Positions 1-13,013 of a DNA stretch of 43,785 nucleotides are shown in pieces. A model generated the notes under the pieces. That model searched no databases. It had not been told where the DNA came from and saw nothing but the letters and a program-made list of their open reading frames with translations. The stretch comes from Parasitella parasitica NRRL 2501 (lineage: Eukaryota; Fungi; Mucoromycota). The stretch spans positions 68,214-111,998 of the forward strand of contig MU619255.1 in assembly GCA_025201805.1 (NCBI GenBank), read 5' to 3'. Both the position numbers and the translations under genes were made by a program. Every line of letters starts with the position of its first letter. Positions within the stretch are counted from its first letter, which is position 1.

Positions 1-1858
1 AAAAAAAAAAAAAAAAAAAGGGCTGTATATTACATGCAAATAAAAATTGTTTCACAAATGAGTTTGATCCGCCTGTCGTCCAGTGGAAATCAGGTGCATA
101 TCATGGATAGCTCTGTTAGCGCTTGTCGAGATCAGCCTAACAACGTAAAGTAACCTGTGCTTTGCAGCATAATATTAGCGTCTATATGCGATTTTCACAT
201 GGTCTTTACAGACAACTTTCTAGATTTCAATAAAAACATCATACAAATGTTTTCGCCAGATATCGTCAAGTCAACACTATGTTTTCCAACTTAGATATCG
301 GCCCTGCGGTTCTTTTAGCAGAAGTTGTGAGCAAATATCTGATATTTATAATAAATTATGAGAAATAAAACTGTTTTGTAGATAACTTTGAAAGATACAA
401 AGCGCCCAGTGGAAACCTAGTTATGCTCAGATATCGATGATCTTGCTCGTTTTAATGACGCATAAGATAGGTTTCATTTGGCTCTTTATCGTAACCTACC
501 AGCCCTTATATGCAATTTTAATTATCTCACCACATATTTTCACATTATTTTACTGTATCTGGATCGTACTGCAATATATTTTCATAGCATCCATACTGAT
601 ATGTATATATATGAAAAAAAAATACCTGATTTTGCTTTTGATAGACACATCGCCCAGTGGATATTAATTAAATAGTTTCCCTTTTTGTTTATACAACAAT
701 CGGCAAACATATCATCTGTCAATTTATAATTGTATACTGCATCAGCTCGTACATCTCAGATCCACACTACCTAGTTCAGTGAAAAATTATGAATAAAGAA
801 CGTTTTGACTAGCAAGAAGGGATTTCTTCGTCAGATCTTTACATCAATTTCCCTAGTAATATCTCTTATTTAATTCCAACTTTTCCCTTATTAATAATAA
901 ACTCCTTGGTTTAATTAACTTATCTGTATTTCTTCTGTTATCTATCTGTCCCTGTTTATCTAATAAGGCCCTGGATACCTGATAAAATATTCACTCAATT
1001 ATAGCATTACATTATCTGTTAATAAATCTCATTAATTAGCATCAGTACCGTATACGATCAATGAGGTACCAATCTTCAAGCCAAATGCCAAATCAGCGAC
1101 TGCTGGCCAAATTAAACAAGTGTTTTAGCCAACTAGGATTGGAAATTCGTCAAGTTTTAGCAAATATTATTGTTCAAGACATGATACTTCAAAGTAATTG
1201 TTTTTATAATTGATTTGATAGTCTATGAACGTTTGCTTGTATTGTGTATCTACTGAAAAATGGCAAGGTTTATATAATTTCATACTGCACTCTGATTGTC
1301 CATCAGAAAGTGCCATACCTGAAGCTCAGATAATAGACACCAAACTAGTAACTGCAAAACCTTTTTTTTTTTTTAATAGCTGATGTAAATGATAAACCTG
1401 CATTATGATAACGTTGACTTTTTGTCTAGATTAAGGAGAGCTAAAGTACTTTCATTGCCTGCATACACAGAAATAGGTGGCTAGTGTGTTGATATACATC
1501 ATTTGAAACACATTTTTACAGGAGTCCCTGAACTAAAAGGATATATCATAATGTATATACAATTTGATTATGATGGCATAAAACGGAATTCAGGCGGCTT
1601 TTGGTATTACCTTTTTTCTGTGTCAACATGTGCCTGTTGGTGTAGCACACACGTTCGTACCTGGTTTCTGTAAGTAATCTCACTCTTATTTCGCCGAAAT
1701 TGCTACTCGAAACGATGTAATTCTTTGTCTTCTTTTCTGTCTCTTTTTTTATTATTATTATATGAATAATTTGATTGCATTAGGTATATACTTATATATA
1801 TAATAAAGAGATTGAAGGGTCGTATGTGTATTTATGTTGCAAGGGTTTCCGCACTAAA

Positions 1859-2741
1859 TTATTTTTGTCCTTTTCCTTTCTTAATAAGCCATTGTAAAGT
1901 GATGTCGATATTCACTTGATTCTTTGCTGAAATTGAATAGCATGATACTTCCCGATTCGTAATTGATTTAAGGTGTCTGTTTGTAGAATAGGTTTGCATT
2001 AGCACTCTTTTTTTTTTTCTNNNNNNNNNNNNNNNNNNNNNNNNNNNNNNNNNNNNNNNNNNNNNNNNNNNNNNNNNNNNNNNNNNNNNNNNNNNNNNNN
2101 NNNNNNNNNNNNNNNNNNNNNNNNNNNNNNNNNNNNNNNNNNNNNNNNNNNNNNNNNNNNNNNNNNNNNNNNNNNNNNNNNNNNNNNNNNNNNNNNNNNN
2201 NNNNNNNNNNNNNNNNNNNNNNNNNNNNNNNNNNNNNNNNNNNNNNNNNNNNNNNNNNNNNNNNNNNNNNNNNNNNNNNNNNNNNNNNNNNNNNNNNNNN
2301 NNNNNNNNNNNNNNNNNNNNNNNNNNNNNNNNNNNNNNNNNNNNNNNNNNNNNNNNNNNNNNNNNNNNNNNNNNNNNNNNNNNNNNNNNNNNNNNNNNNN
2401 NNNNNNNNNNNNNNNNNNNNNNNNNNNNNNNNNNNNNNNNNNNNNNNNNNNNNNNNNNNNNNNNNNNNNNNNNNNNNNNNNNNNNNNNNNNNNNNAAGCA
2501 AACAGGTGAGTAAATCAAAGTGTGTTATTTTGTTTTTTTTATGGGACAACACTCACAGCAATGACATTAACAAGAGTCGTTTTACCACTATTTTGAAGAC
2601 CAACCAAGGTCAACTCCATTTCAGTCTAAAGACTCTTTTTGTCAGTCTCTAAAGGGATTAATGGATAGCAGCTTATAGCACGCTTACCTTGAAGAACAAA
2701 CTTCTTAACCAATCTAACAGCCACTGTATAAGACCAGCCAT
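1859..2741 (-). CDS. ARL8: Arf-like small GTPase ARL8 (multi-exon, middle lies in N gap)
   Basis: Exon 2741-2688 encodes [18 protein letters not shown]. Exon ~2625-2557 encodes [23 protein letters not shown] (P-loop). Last exon 1976-1859 encodes ..[28 protein letters not shown]... All are characteristic ARL8 sequence, with GT-AG boundaries. Confidence 0.93.
2021..2495. other. Assembly gap (N run) inside ARL8
   Basis: Run of n characters. Confidence 1.
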
Positions 2742-3233
2742 TTTATGTTTCTTTAATAGCAGCAGAAAAAAAGTAAAAGAAAAGGAGAAAAAGGAAAAAG
2801 AAAAAACATCGTTTGAAAAAAAAAAATAGCTCCTTCTTATATCTAAAGCAGCAGCAGCTTCAGAGAGAGAGATAGAAAGCGAGAGCGGCCAGGTCACATG
2901 CCTACAAACGAGCATGCATTTTTTTTTCTTCAACGTATCTGATCAGTTCATGCTGAACTATGGCTTAATTCTAACTCGTTTCATTTCTTGGTTTCTTCTT
3001 CAACACATTTCAGCATTTAAACACTAGATACAATATATTTTGTGGGCAAAACAGACATACACACACATATATATATACACACATTTCTTTAAAATAAGCA
3101 TGTCGTTTTTTGGTGTTTAATTTATTACACGAATTTTCTAAATAGCACAAAATAGTGTATGTCTCTTTTGGATGTGGCTCTGTGGTTTGCGGACACAATT
3201 TTCTTCTATGATGCTATCAAAAAAAAATACAAC

Positions 3234-3673
3234 TTAGTGAGCATCAGCACGATGACTAATGTATTCCACAGCTTGCTTGGCAGTCTTGATATCGTCAGCC
3301 TCCTTGTCAGGGATTTCGACAGAGAATTCTTCCTCAATTGCCATGACAACCTCAACAGTATCTAAGCTATCAAGTCCAAGATCCTTAACAAAGTGGGCGT
3401 CGAGAGCAATCTACAGCCATACATTGATTAGATGCCATTTTCTTCCCCCCTCCCTCCCTAGTCGCAATCCAGTAATCTTACCTTGTTAGCTTCAACTTTG
3501 TCGAAGCCTCTCAAAATGTCTAAAACACGAACTTCAATATCAGATTGAGACAATCCACCGCTTGAATAAAAGCGATATGCGATAGGTGAAGCAATACGAG
3601 AAGCAGACATGGCGGTGGGTCTCATGGCAGCAGCCTTGGCAGCAGCATTGAAAAGAACAGTGGGGCGGAGCAT
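3234..3673 (-). CDS. ACP1: Mitochondrial acyl carrier protein (NDUFAB1/ACP1-like), 2 exons
   Basis: Arg/Ala/Ser-rich presequence [19 protein letters not shown]..; intron 3481-3411; phosphopantetheine motif [20 protein letters not shown]. Confidence 0.95.
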
Positions 3674-3847
3674 TGTTATATTACAGAATAGAGAGAGAGA
3701 GAGAGAGGGGGGTTGTTGTTTTGAAAGGAAAAAAAACGAATAGGTGAGAAAAGAAAAAGCGGGGATGTTTATTAGTGCCAGGGGCGCACACTGATTTGAA
3801 TTAACATAGACATTAGATTAGGTAAATCCACATAAATAAGCCACTAA

Positions 3848-5015
3848 TTATTTCTTCTTCAAACCAAACTGAAATCCTGCAGTCTTTTTCAATCCAAATG
3901 ATAGTTTCTTGGGCTGTGATGTACTAGTATTTGTAGGAGGAGGCGGTGCAGAGGCCGTTGCTGTATTTGCTGGAATTGGGTTTGATTTGATTGCTGTACT
4001 CTTAGCTATTGGAATCGTGCTTGTTGACCAACTACCGCTAGTAGATGTAGATTCCATATTCGTCCATCCTCCACCACCACCACCGCCATAGCTGCTAATA
4101 ACCGGGACTGTAGGTAATGCTGATGGCTTTGGTGATGGATCTGTCTGATGGCTGCCACCCAGTTTCTTTTGTAGTGCATCTTGCATTCGCTTCAGCTCTT
4201 TTTCCTCTCGTTTTCTCTCTCGGGCCAACTTCTTTTCTCTTTCAGACTGATTTATTGCTGAATTTCGAGTGTTTTCTTTCATATCTTTGAACCTCTATGG
4301 ATATACATGGCAAAAGTAAGCTCAGGCTCTCACTAGATACCATACATGTGCGCCTACCTTTTTATGATGATGGTCGTAGCTTTGTAAATGCTGCTCGTAC
4401 CCGCTAATGTTTTGGTATTGTTTATCGCATAATTCGCAATAAAAAGCTCTCTTGACCTGCTTTAATTCTTGAGCTATGGATTGCTTCTTTTCTACTCGAA
4501 ATTCTCTTTCTAATTTCTGTATCTCTGTTTCCTCCAGTTGCTTTTCGCTGTCTAGTGCCTTTCGTTTGGCTGTTGTCGACACATGTGTCGCCGTATACTC
4601 TTCTGCTTTACCCACCCCCAAAGAGTCATCCTTGAGCTCAATGCGGATAGGATCGACTCTGCCTGTTGCTCTTTGTTAGTCGACCCTACGATGCGTTGTT
4701 TATGTTATTATTGTTCACCTTGTCCTTGCGATCCTAGCCCTTTTCCTGCTTGCCATCCCATCTTTTGCAGTAATTTGTATCCAATATTGCTCTCTGGGAT
4801 ATGCGTTTCCATCGATACTTGTATGGTGCTTTCATAATCGCTATATCCAGTGGAGGGCTGTTTTTGTTCAAGCAAATAGTCGTGGTCCTCGGCCTTTTTT
4901 TTTTGCGTTGTTGAAGAAAAAGAAGAGGTAAAATAAAATAAAGAATTTGTACGTTCTCTTTTCATCGCCATTCGCTTCCTTGTCTATTTACCTGTGTAAA
5001 CTTTGAGCTGTTCAT
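3848..5015 (-). CDS. G-patch domain + C2H2 zinc finger protein (GPATCH8-like), multi-exon
   Basis: G-patch SNIGYKLLQKMGWQAGKGLGSQGQG/RVDPI; zinc finger FYCELCDKQY..YEQHLQSYDHHHK; probable micro first exon MNSSKFTQ (5015) followed by a gtaaat donor; C-terminal FGLKKK. Confidence 0.88.
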
Positions 5016-6626
5016 GGTTATCTTTCAACTGTTTTACGAATATGCTGGCGTGAAAGAAAAAGCAGAAAGCTGTTGGAATCGTGTTTTTTGTGTAGTCACC
5101 GCCATTAAAAGTTGTGTGTAATAGTATATGCAAACTTCTGCCAGCAATCGACAGTTTGTTGCCTAGATACAGGTATCTTCAGGGAGAAAAGAATGTTAAG
5201 AGACATGCTCGTTAATAAATCAATAAACCAGTACAGTCTCTCTGTAAAACACTATTCATTTTCTTTCCAGCTTAAAGCCTGTTTGTAGAAAAATCTCTCT
5301 TCAAACGGCACATTTGATTCGAACAAGGCAGACTGGATACCATGACTTTTGTACAATAAAGATATGCATTTACCCGTTTAGAGTACAGGCAAAACAAGTA
5401 AGTAGGACCCTATCCTAAGAGAGTCTCTTGCTCTGGCAAAGTTGAGTGGCAGTGGTGAGATATTGAAGACCCCCTACTTGAAATGCAATTTATCAGCATA
5501 TGCGTTCGGCTCTTTGCATTTTCTCTCCCTTTTGGCTTGATCAGGTATTCGCATCATGATTCTACCATACATGCTTCAAACCTTTGTCTACTCTCTGGGG
5601 TTTATAGTATTATTTTTTCCAACCAAAAATATGCTCTGAAGATGCTTCTTTTGATGATGGTACTCCAAGTATCGGGCCAAAGAGGCTCTTCCGATGTTGT
5701 TAGAGGTAGTTACCTTTGACCAACACATTATGCTACTAAATCTAAAACCTCCGCTTGTCTTTATAGTTTTTCTGTTGGGTATATAAACGCAACACCCAAA
5801 GTTGAAATTGACGCATTGGCAACATTATTACTGTCATACTTGTATTTTTTTTTGTTTATGCCTTTGTTTACATGAATAGTAAGAGGAAAACAACATTCAG
5901 GTCCACGTGTATTACAAGCGAAACAGATACCACTCATTTTTGGCTATAAAGACGCCCTGTGACAAAGTGTTTATCGACAAATGACCTTTTAACAACCAAG
6001 ATAAATGTAGTCAATGGACACCAACCCAGGCTTTTCTTAATCATGAACGCTGATGCTGATCGCGCGCCTTCATTTTCTGACAACATATCATCTATACATT
6101 ACATATGCTCACAATGTGATAAATGCCATACGTTGCAGGAAAGAAAAACCCACTTGCACACATTGCTTGATACTCGTCGACGACTTTGCAGAGCATTTTA
6201 ATGCAATTGAACTCTGATGCGTACGCAAAAACATCTTGTTCTTTTATTGTATGATACTATTGTTAATTGTTTTGTACAGACTTGTAGTCCATTGTTGTCC
6301 TGCACAAGGCTTTTTGTGGCACGGAAACAGAGACACAAACAGCTACAGCAGATCATTGTATTTCGCCAAATACAGAATTTTATGTGTAACTTGAGCCAAG
6401 GATCTGTTACTGCGAAGAATCAATGCCACAGCACCCATGGTTTGGATGTGGAGGCCTCCTACTGTTCTACCCTGATTTTACAGTATAAATAGGCCTTCTT
6501 TTTCTCTTTGCTCCATTCCTTTCTCTTTTCATGACATACACAAAATATTTGGCTTAGCCTCTCTCAAATATACCACACATACACAACGCATATATATATA
6601 AAAGTACTTTTTACCAGCTAAAACAA

Positions 6627-7280
6627 ATGTCACCCATTGACCAAAGTGATCTCAACAATTTTACCACTGGAAGCATACACCCACATTACAAAAACATTCC
6701 CTTGGACCTCACAGTCTCGCCTTTGGAAGAGTACTTTCGCGATATGCACTTGCTATCCCGAGATGAGCAAGCGCACAGTAAAGAGCCCGAGTTGTTCTCT
6801 GATAATACGACGGCAGCATCTTCCGAAGACTCATTGATTATCGATAATCGAGCAAAACCAATTCTGATCCCAGGAAAATCGATTCCGATCGATGCTCGTT
6901 TAAAAAGAAGAAGGGGCAGAAGAGAGCGTCTATCAAAAACTGTGCCTAATACATTGAGTGATTTTGCTGCGCTCCAGGGCATGAATGCAGGACTAAACCT
7001 TGCTGCTCTTCCTGAAGAGACAGAAATCATCAACCCAATGTCTGAAATAGGAAATTCAACTTTTACTGTGGGAAGCTTGGTGGACAGACCACCTGTACCT
7101 TGGCCAGCATCCATTACTGCAGCAGCACATGACGGTAAACGTAAAATCCGCTATTTACGCCAAAAGCAAGGAAATGACGGAGCAAAAGGCTCTATCAATG
7201 AAGGTGATATCTTTTTATACGAAGAAGACAATGACGAACACGAATCTGACCATATTTCTGGCATATCTATCTCCTACTAG
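6627..7280 (+). CDS. Hypothetical protein (217 aa, largely disordered, basic stretch KRRRGRRER)
   Basis: Single ORF with AAACAAATG context, tataaa upstream (6484, 6597), aataaa downstream; no recognised domain. Confidence 0.75.
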   Translation: MSPIDQSDLNNFTTGSIHPHYKNIPLDLTVSPLEEYFRDMHLLSRDEQAHSKEPELFSDNTTAASSEDSLIIDNRAKPILIPGKSIPIDARLKRRRGRRERLSKTVPNTLSDFAALQGMNAGLNLAALPEETEIINPMSEIGNSTFTVGSLVDRPPVPWPASITAAAHDGKRKIRYLRQKQGNDGAKGSINEGDIFLYEEDNDEHESDHISGISISY

Positions 7281-8990
7281 CCTTAATTTTATCCACATTA
7301 TATAAATATATATATGATATCCTTACACTGAGATTTGTTCCTTTAGCTATAGCTCATTCCACCCTAATTTCCCCAAAATAAAAACTTGTATTTCCTTTTA
7401 GACTTTAGCTGCAGAAAGTCATTAAAAAATGACGGTGCATTGATGTATTCCGGCTATCAAATTGTCGCTGACAAGTAGTAGCAAAAAGAAAAACACTGCA
7501 TGACAAAAATGAGCTCATTTTCCAAATCGGAAGCTAGTATGAATGATACAAAGTGATCTGGTGATGCTGTAGCATGGCAGTAATTAAAACAACAATGTAT
7601 ACATAGGTTGTCAATTCATTTATTTTCAAAAAGATTTGCGCACAGCGTGCTGTTTGCCATCCTTACTAAAGCCTCTCATTGTGTTCTAGTAGGCTATACC
7701 GAGCGCATTTGCATTGAGCTGGGATTTGCGAGAAACTAGTTGGGACAAATTCATCTCATCGTGTGCATTAAAAAAAAAAGCACACACACTTTTATTTGCG
7801 ATTCATTGTCTGAGAGGTGGATTAGTACTATGATCATTACTTGATTTATCTTTATGCACATTAATCATATGCACCATTGCTTGTGCAAAGTACTTGTTTA
7901 GCAGGTTTATGGATCTGAAAAGTTTGACTCGAAGGATGAAAAAAAAAAGTTCTTTCATCTTTTGTGGATGGTGTTTGTATGAATATTATTAACAGTGTTC
8001 TATCTCAAGAGCATTGATAGCGCCATGTACTTTGATCACACGCTGCGATGATCATGCGTCTTTTATTGTCATTGGAAGGATAACTGCCATAGTAGGGCAT
8101 GCAAAAAAAGAAAAAATGCTGCAGTAGTACATACGATTTTTCATTCCACTGATTAACGTTACGCTACATACGACTGATGGCTTCAAAAAAAATCTGCTTT
8201 AACGTCTATACAACTTGAATCGTACGTGACGACATATTCAACGTACAAAGCATTTGGTTAGATAGTCCTATGCAGCTTAGGCACCATCAGCTGGCCGTAC
8301 CATATATCAGTTTATATTTTTTTTTTTATTATGCATCAGATTTATCTTTGTATTTAAGCGGAATACTGAACAATTCGAGCGAAATACATTAAATACAAAA
8401 GGACGAAAAATAGTTCTCTGTAAAGCAATGAAGTTGAGTTTACTAATATAGTCGTAATGTTGGTTTCACCACCAATCTGTTTTATTGACATTATTGAAGT
8501 TTGATGTATATGTCTCAATTAACGAAACAAGAAATGAACACTCAATACTTTGAATTTTCGTATTTTGGATGATTAGCTGTTGCTCTACGCTTGTATGCAG
8601 ACTTTTAAAAGTTTGGACGTCAGGAAAAATATACACATCAAGCATTAGCATTTTTAAAATATAAATTATTACTAATAAACACGGAATCAATCTTTTTTCA
8701 TCAAAGATTCAAAACTATTCAGATGTTTTGCTATTTCACTCGTTAGGCCTCCAAATCCAATAATAATAAGGATTTGTATTGACAGTGCTTCCCCAATTGG
8801 CGGTATACATTAGATTATGTACAAGCATGAACTGAGCGCACAGTCTTCAGCTCTGAGACTTCAATCAAGTGCATACAGCGTTTAACACACGTGCAACAAG
8901 AACAAGAAAGCAAATTTTTTGGCGCATATAGCAGCTTTTTCTTCTTTCTCTCTCTCTTTGCAACAGAAAAAAAATTTTCTTTACAAAATC

Positions 8991-11827
8991 ATGCGCCATC
9001 GAGCTGAACGAATCCCTCGAGTAATTGCAATTGATGTCAGTTCAGATGAATATGGTAACGACGAGGAAGCAATGAACAGTAGTGTCACTCAGGAGACAGA
9101 ATCTGCAGGCGCTGAAGAGTCCTCCAATGATTCTTCAGCTACATCGTCTGCTGCTAATTCTGATGACAACGCCTTATTCGATAGCGAAGAAGACGACAGT
9201 GAGCAAGAGAAAAAAGAGCAGGAGGCTTCAGAGGGAGAGAAAATGCCTGAAGAAAATTTACAAAAAACAAGCAGGGCTACCATTACGTGCAAAGTCAACA
9301 CTCAAGTTGAAAGTGTCTTGAAAGCCTGTCTTGCATTGCTCGAAACCAATACATCAGAAACTCAAAGTAACCAAGAGCAAGTAAATCAAGAGCAAGATGC
9401 TACTCAAAATTCATATATAAACTCTTGGGCCCTTCAAAATGGATATGGATATTATATGAACAATCAGTTCTATTGTTTTTTCAACCGAGAAAGCTGCTGC
9501 AATGCTTCGTTTCCTAATAATCACCTTTTATCCCTACATTTGGAAAAAGTTCACAACGTGCCAAAGGCAATTGGTAAGCCATATTAATTTATTCCCAACC
9601 CAAGGACTGATTGTTGTTTGGATAGACGAGAGATATAGTAGAGAACACTTTAGAGACAAGAAAATGGCTCACTGGCTTATCGCTACAAATTTACCAATCA
9701 AAATAGTGCTTAGTAGTCATTTCAATGTTTTTATGCGAGCTACTCGTGAGCAACCAAGCACGTCTGTACCTGCAGTGTCCAAAGAAGGAGTCCAAAGGAT
9801 GATACGGGCAGAAGTCGATATTATATCTGCAGAACTATCACAGCGATTGAAAAATATTGAGCACATATCACTCGTTGTTAACCAATGGAAAGACGCTAAT
9901 CAAAATAGCATCCTATTTCTGTCAATCTTCTTTATCGACGAGGATTGGAATAAAAAAACACTCGTCATTGCAGCCGAGCCATTGCACAATGAGGAATCCA
10001 GTAAGGCACCGTCTGCTTGCTATATTCATCCACCATTAACCACTTTTCTTCTTTCTTAGGAACAAATATTCTACTCAAAATTGTTCTTGTATTGAAGGAT
10101 TTAGATATTTTGGGGAAAATCTATTCAATAACTTGTTACGAAACCGATCTTTTCGAAGAATCACATTTGTTTGCTTATATAGAGAAAATCATGGGCAAAA
10201 ATGAAATGCAATTGGTCCAAGATAGAGTGTACAGTAAATTGCTGGATAAAATGGTCATAGAATTACGCGTTGAATTACTATCTTCCTTAAGATATGATTG
10301 TGAACCGTTGAAAAAAATTCTCAGAGAGATCGACAACTGCAAGTAGGTCTTATAGACTGGAGATTAACTAACACGCTTACAAATATGCATACACGTATTT
10401 TTTTTTTTTTTTTTTTTTCAGAGGTTTTACTAAAAGATTGTTAATGAACTATCAAACAACCTCCCCATTGGCCTTTGAAATCGATTGTAGCTCTATCTTT
10501 CGGAATTTTGTCAACTGCCTTTCCCGAACACTTTTTTTTATAGCTGTAACATGGTCCTCAAGGAAATGCAGCCTTACTCGATTAAACTCATGAAGGCCTA
10601 TCTCGAAAACAAGCATAATCACCATATTGATTGTACAATGCGGCGATACATGATCAATGAAGTAGATGAAGAGTGCATGGAGCAAATAATTCAGCTTGAC
10701 AACGAGTTGGCTTACATCTGTGAATGGCTCTATGAAGTTGCGTAAGCATACATTATGCCCATTTTGGATTGACCATCTGCTAATCATTTCATCGTGAATG
10801 CATAGCGAAAGGAATTGCACTATTGCCAATAAGGCATATGTTATCTGCTGCGAACTTGGCAATTCCATCAAAAAACTAGCTGAATTAAGAAGCTCCAGAA
10901 GAGCCATACACAAATCCACAACAGCCAAAAACTGCGAAGTCTCTGATGCGGTTAAAAAGGCTACTTGTATGAAAAGACCACTTGAAGCTATGCACAAAAT
11001 CTTGAGTGCCTACCGCTCCAAACTTGAACGGGGTCAAGCTCATGTAGAGGCGTTTGTCTACGATTCTTACGCATACAACGATTCTTACTTTAGCGCGTCC
11101 AAGGCTTTATCTCTGTCTAAACAGCCAAAAAGCCTTACTGTCATTCTTGAGGATATTGCAAATCAGGGCGATAAACGGCACCGTGGCGTCGATATCATTG
11201 ATCTTTTGGGATTCAACAATGAAAAAAGGTTTTCCGTGATAATTGGCTTATTTCAATCCGCTTTCTAACACTGTTTCTAGACAACAATATGAAGATCCTG
11301 ATCTCGCAACCAGCAGTAGTAACAATATCATTAGTGGGAAAAGACGTCGATCCAATCAATCAACCGTCATCGCAGAACCCACACCTAATCAAGCCATCAC
11401 TGACCAAATTCAGTTGTTTCGTCAAAAGCAGCTGGAGTACTTTAGAAAATACCCTGATCCCAGCGTCGTTTCCAGTAGTAAGATTGCAGTATTTAATTTG
11501 AACAACGTACCATTAACTGTGTGTACATTTCTTTTGCCAGATTTACCGCACTCTAGAATCAGGTCCATTTTGAGCGATCATACGGTGGTCGGTCAGTTCA
11601 ATTTCTGGAAGCAAGAAAATCAGAAACAAATACCAGTGCTTGTTCAACATACAAAAAAAGTATTTGCTATTCCCACTACATCACAGGAATGCGTAAGGTC
11701 TTTTGATTCGGTCAAGAAATTATATACGCAAATTGCTGAGCAGGAAGCAGATAGTGATGTCGATTTTATTTGTAAACGTGCGCTTCTTTCCGTTTGGAGC
11801 GTTGATTTCAATTTGTTTAAAGATTAA
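8991..11827 (+). CDS. hAT-transposase-derived protein (zinc finger + RNase H-like + hAT C-terminal dimerisation-like domain), predicted catalytically inactive
   Basis: Exons 8991-9573, 9626-10000, 10060-10342, 10544-10741, 10806-11228 and 11281-11827 splice in frame to about 802 aa (exon 4 start uncertain). Motifs: C..C..HLEKVH finger, HISLVVNQWKD..LSIFFIDEDW, KIYSITCY, FWKQENQKQIPVL..KKVFAIPTTSQECVRSF. Confidence 0.75.
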
Positions 11828-12090
11828 GTCGAATGTTCTATAAAGAAAAAGCAGCTTAGTACTTAACCATACCATAAATAATACCTGCATATAAAGTTAA
11901 CAAATACAATATCATGCTATTATCGCTGTAAATAATAATTTGCAGACACCTCTCTGGGGTTCAAAAACTTATCCATGCAACAAAAGTGCCATCAGTTTTT
12001 ACAGCCATTTGAACGTATTTCAAGCCCCCCTTCCTCCCTCAAACGATTTGCTTTTTATTTCATTTATTACATATAAATAAAAAAAAGGAA

Positions 12091-12881
12091 ATGAGCTTTG
12101 CTCACAAGACAGCCATTATCACAGGTGCTACTCGAGGCATTGGATTGAATATCGCACAGGCATTTGCCAAGCAAGGTGCTCGTACCATTTTAATTGGCCG
12201 TGATAGTGATCGCGTCAAGCACATTGAGCAAACCTTTCGATCAACATACACCCAGCAAGATCATCAAGGCATTGCACTGGATGTAACTAATAAAGATGCG
12301 ATAGACCAATTGTTCAAGGTTTGAATAATTGGATAAAATCCAAATGTAAATTTCACTGACAATGGTACATTTAGCAAACATTAAAAGGCCAACAGATTGA
12401 TTATTTAATTAATGCAGCGGGTATTTCAAGGGATAGTTTATTGATCCAATTAAAGGATCAAGATCTTCAAGACATCATCAATACAAACTTATTAGGGACC
12501 ATGAGAATGACCCAACATGCCACTAAATCCATGATGCGAAAGAGAAAAGGCGGATGTATCATCAACATCTCCAGCGTTATCGGTATCCATGGCAACGTGG
12601 GCCAGTCGGCCTACAGTGCGTCTAAAGCAGGTATCATTGGATTCACTCGATCATTAGCCAAAGAGGTGGGCCCCGCAAAAATTCGAGTCAATGCAATTGC
12701 GCCAGGATTCATTGATACAGACATGACATCTGGTATTGCCGATAAGGAGAAAATATTAAAATTAATACCGCTTGGTAAATTTGGCAGTGTGCAAGATGTC
12801 TCCTTGGCAGCGCTTTTCATTGCACAATCCGAATACATTCACGGCCAAGTTTTATCAATTGACGGCGGGTTGGTTCTTTGA
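12091..12881 (+). CDS. Short-chain dehydrogenase, 3-oxoacyl-ACP reductase (CBR4/OAR1/FabG-like), 2 exons
   Basis: TGATRGIG Rossmann motif, NAAG, NISSVIG, catalytic YSASK, APGFIDTDMT, IDGG; intron 12319-12374. Confidence 0.92.
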
Positions 12882-13013
12882 GCTGAGCATATTCATGATG
12901 TACAATATTCGGATTTAATGTTTAACCACAACATCCAATGTTTTTCTAGTATTTAAATAGTTTGCACTCTTCTTATCCTTTTTTTCCTTTTTTTTTTTCT
13001 TATTGTTACACAT

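Noticed and set aside
1859-2552. Long ORFs of 219 and 194 aa spanning X residues
   Set aside because: Artefacts of the N gap; the real gene is spliced ARL8
10452-10997. 181-aa antisense ORF in the hAT-derived gene
   Set aside because: Crosses sense-strand exons and introns and has no recognisable motif
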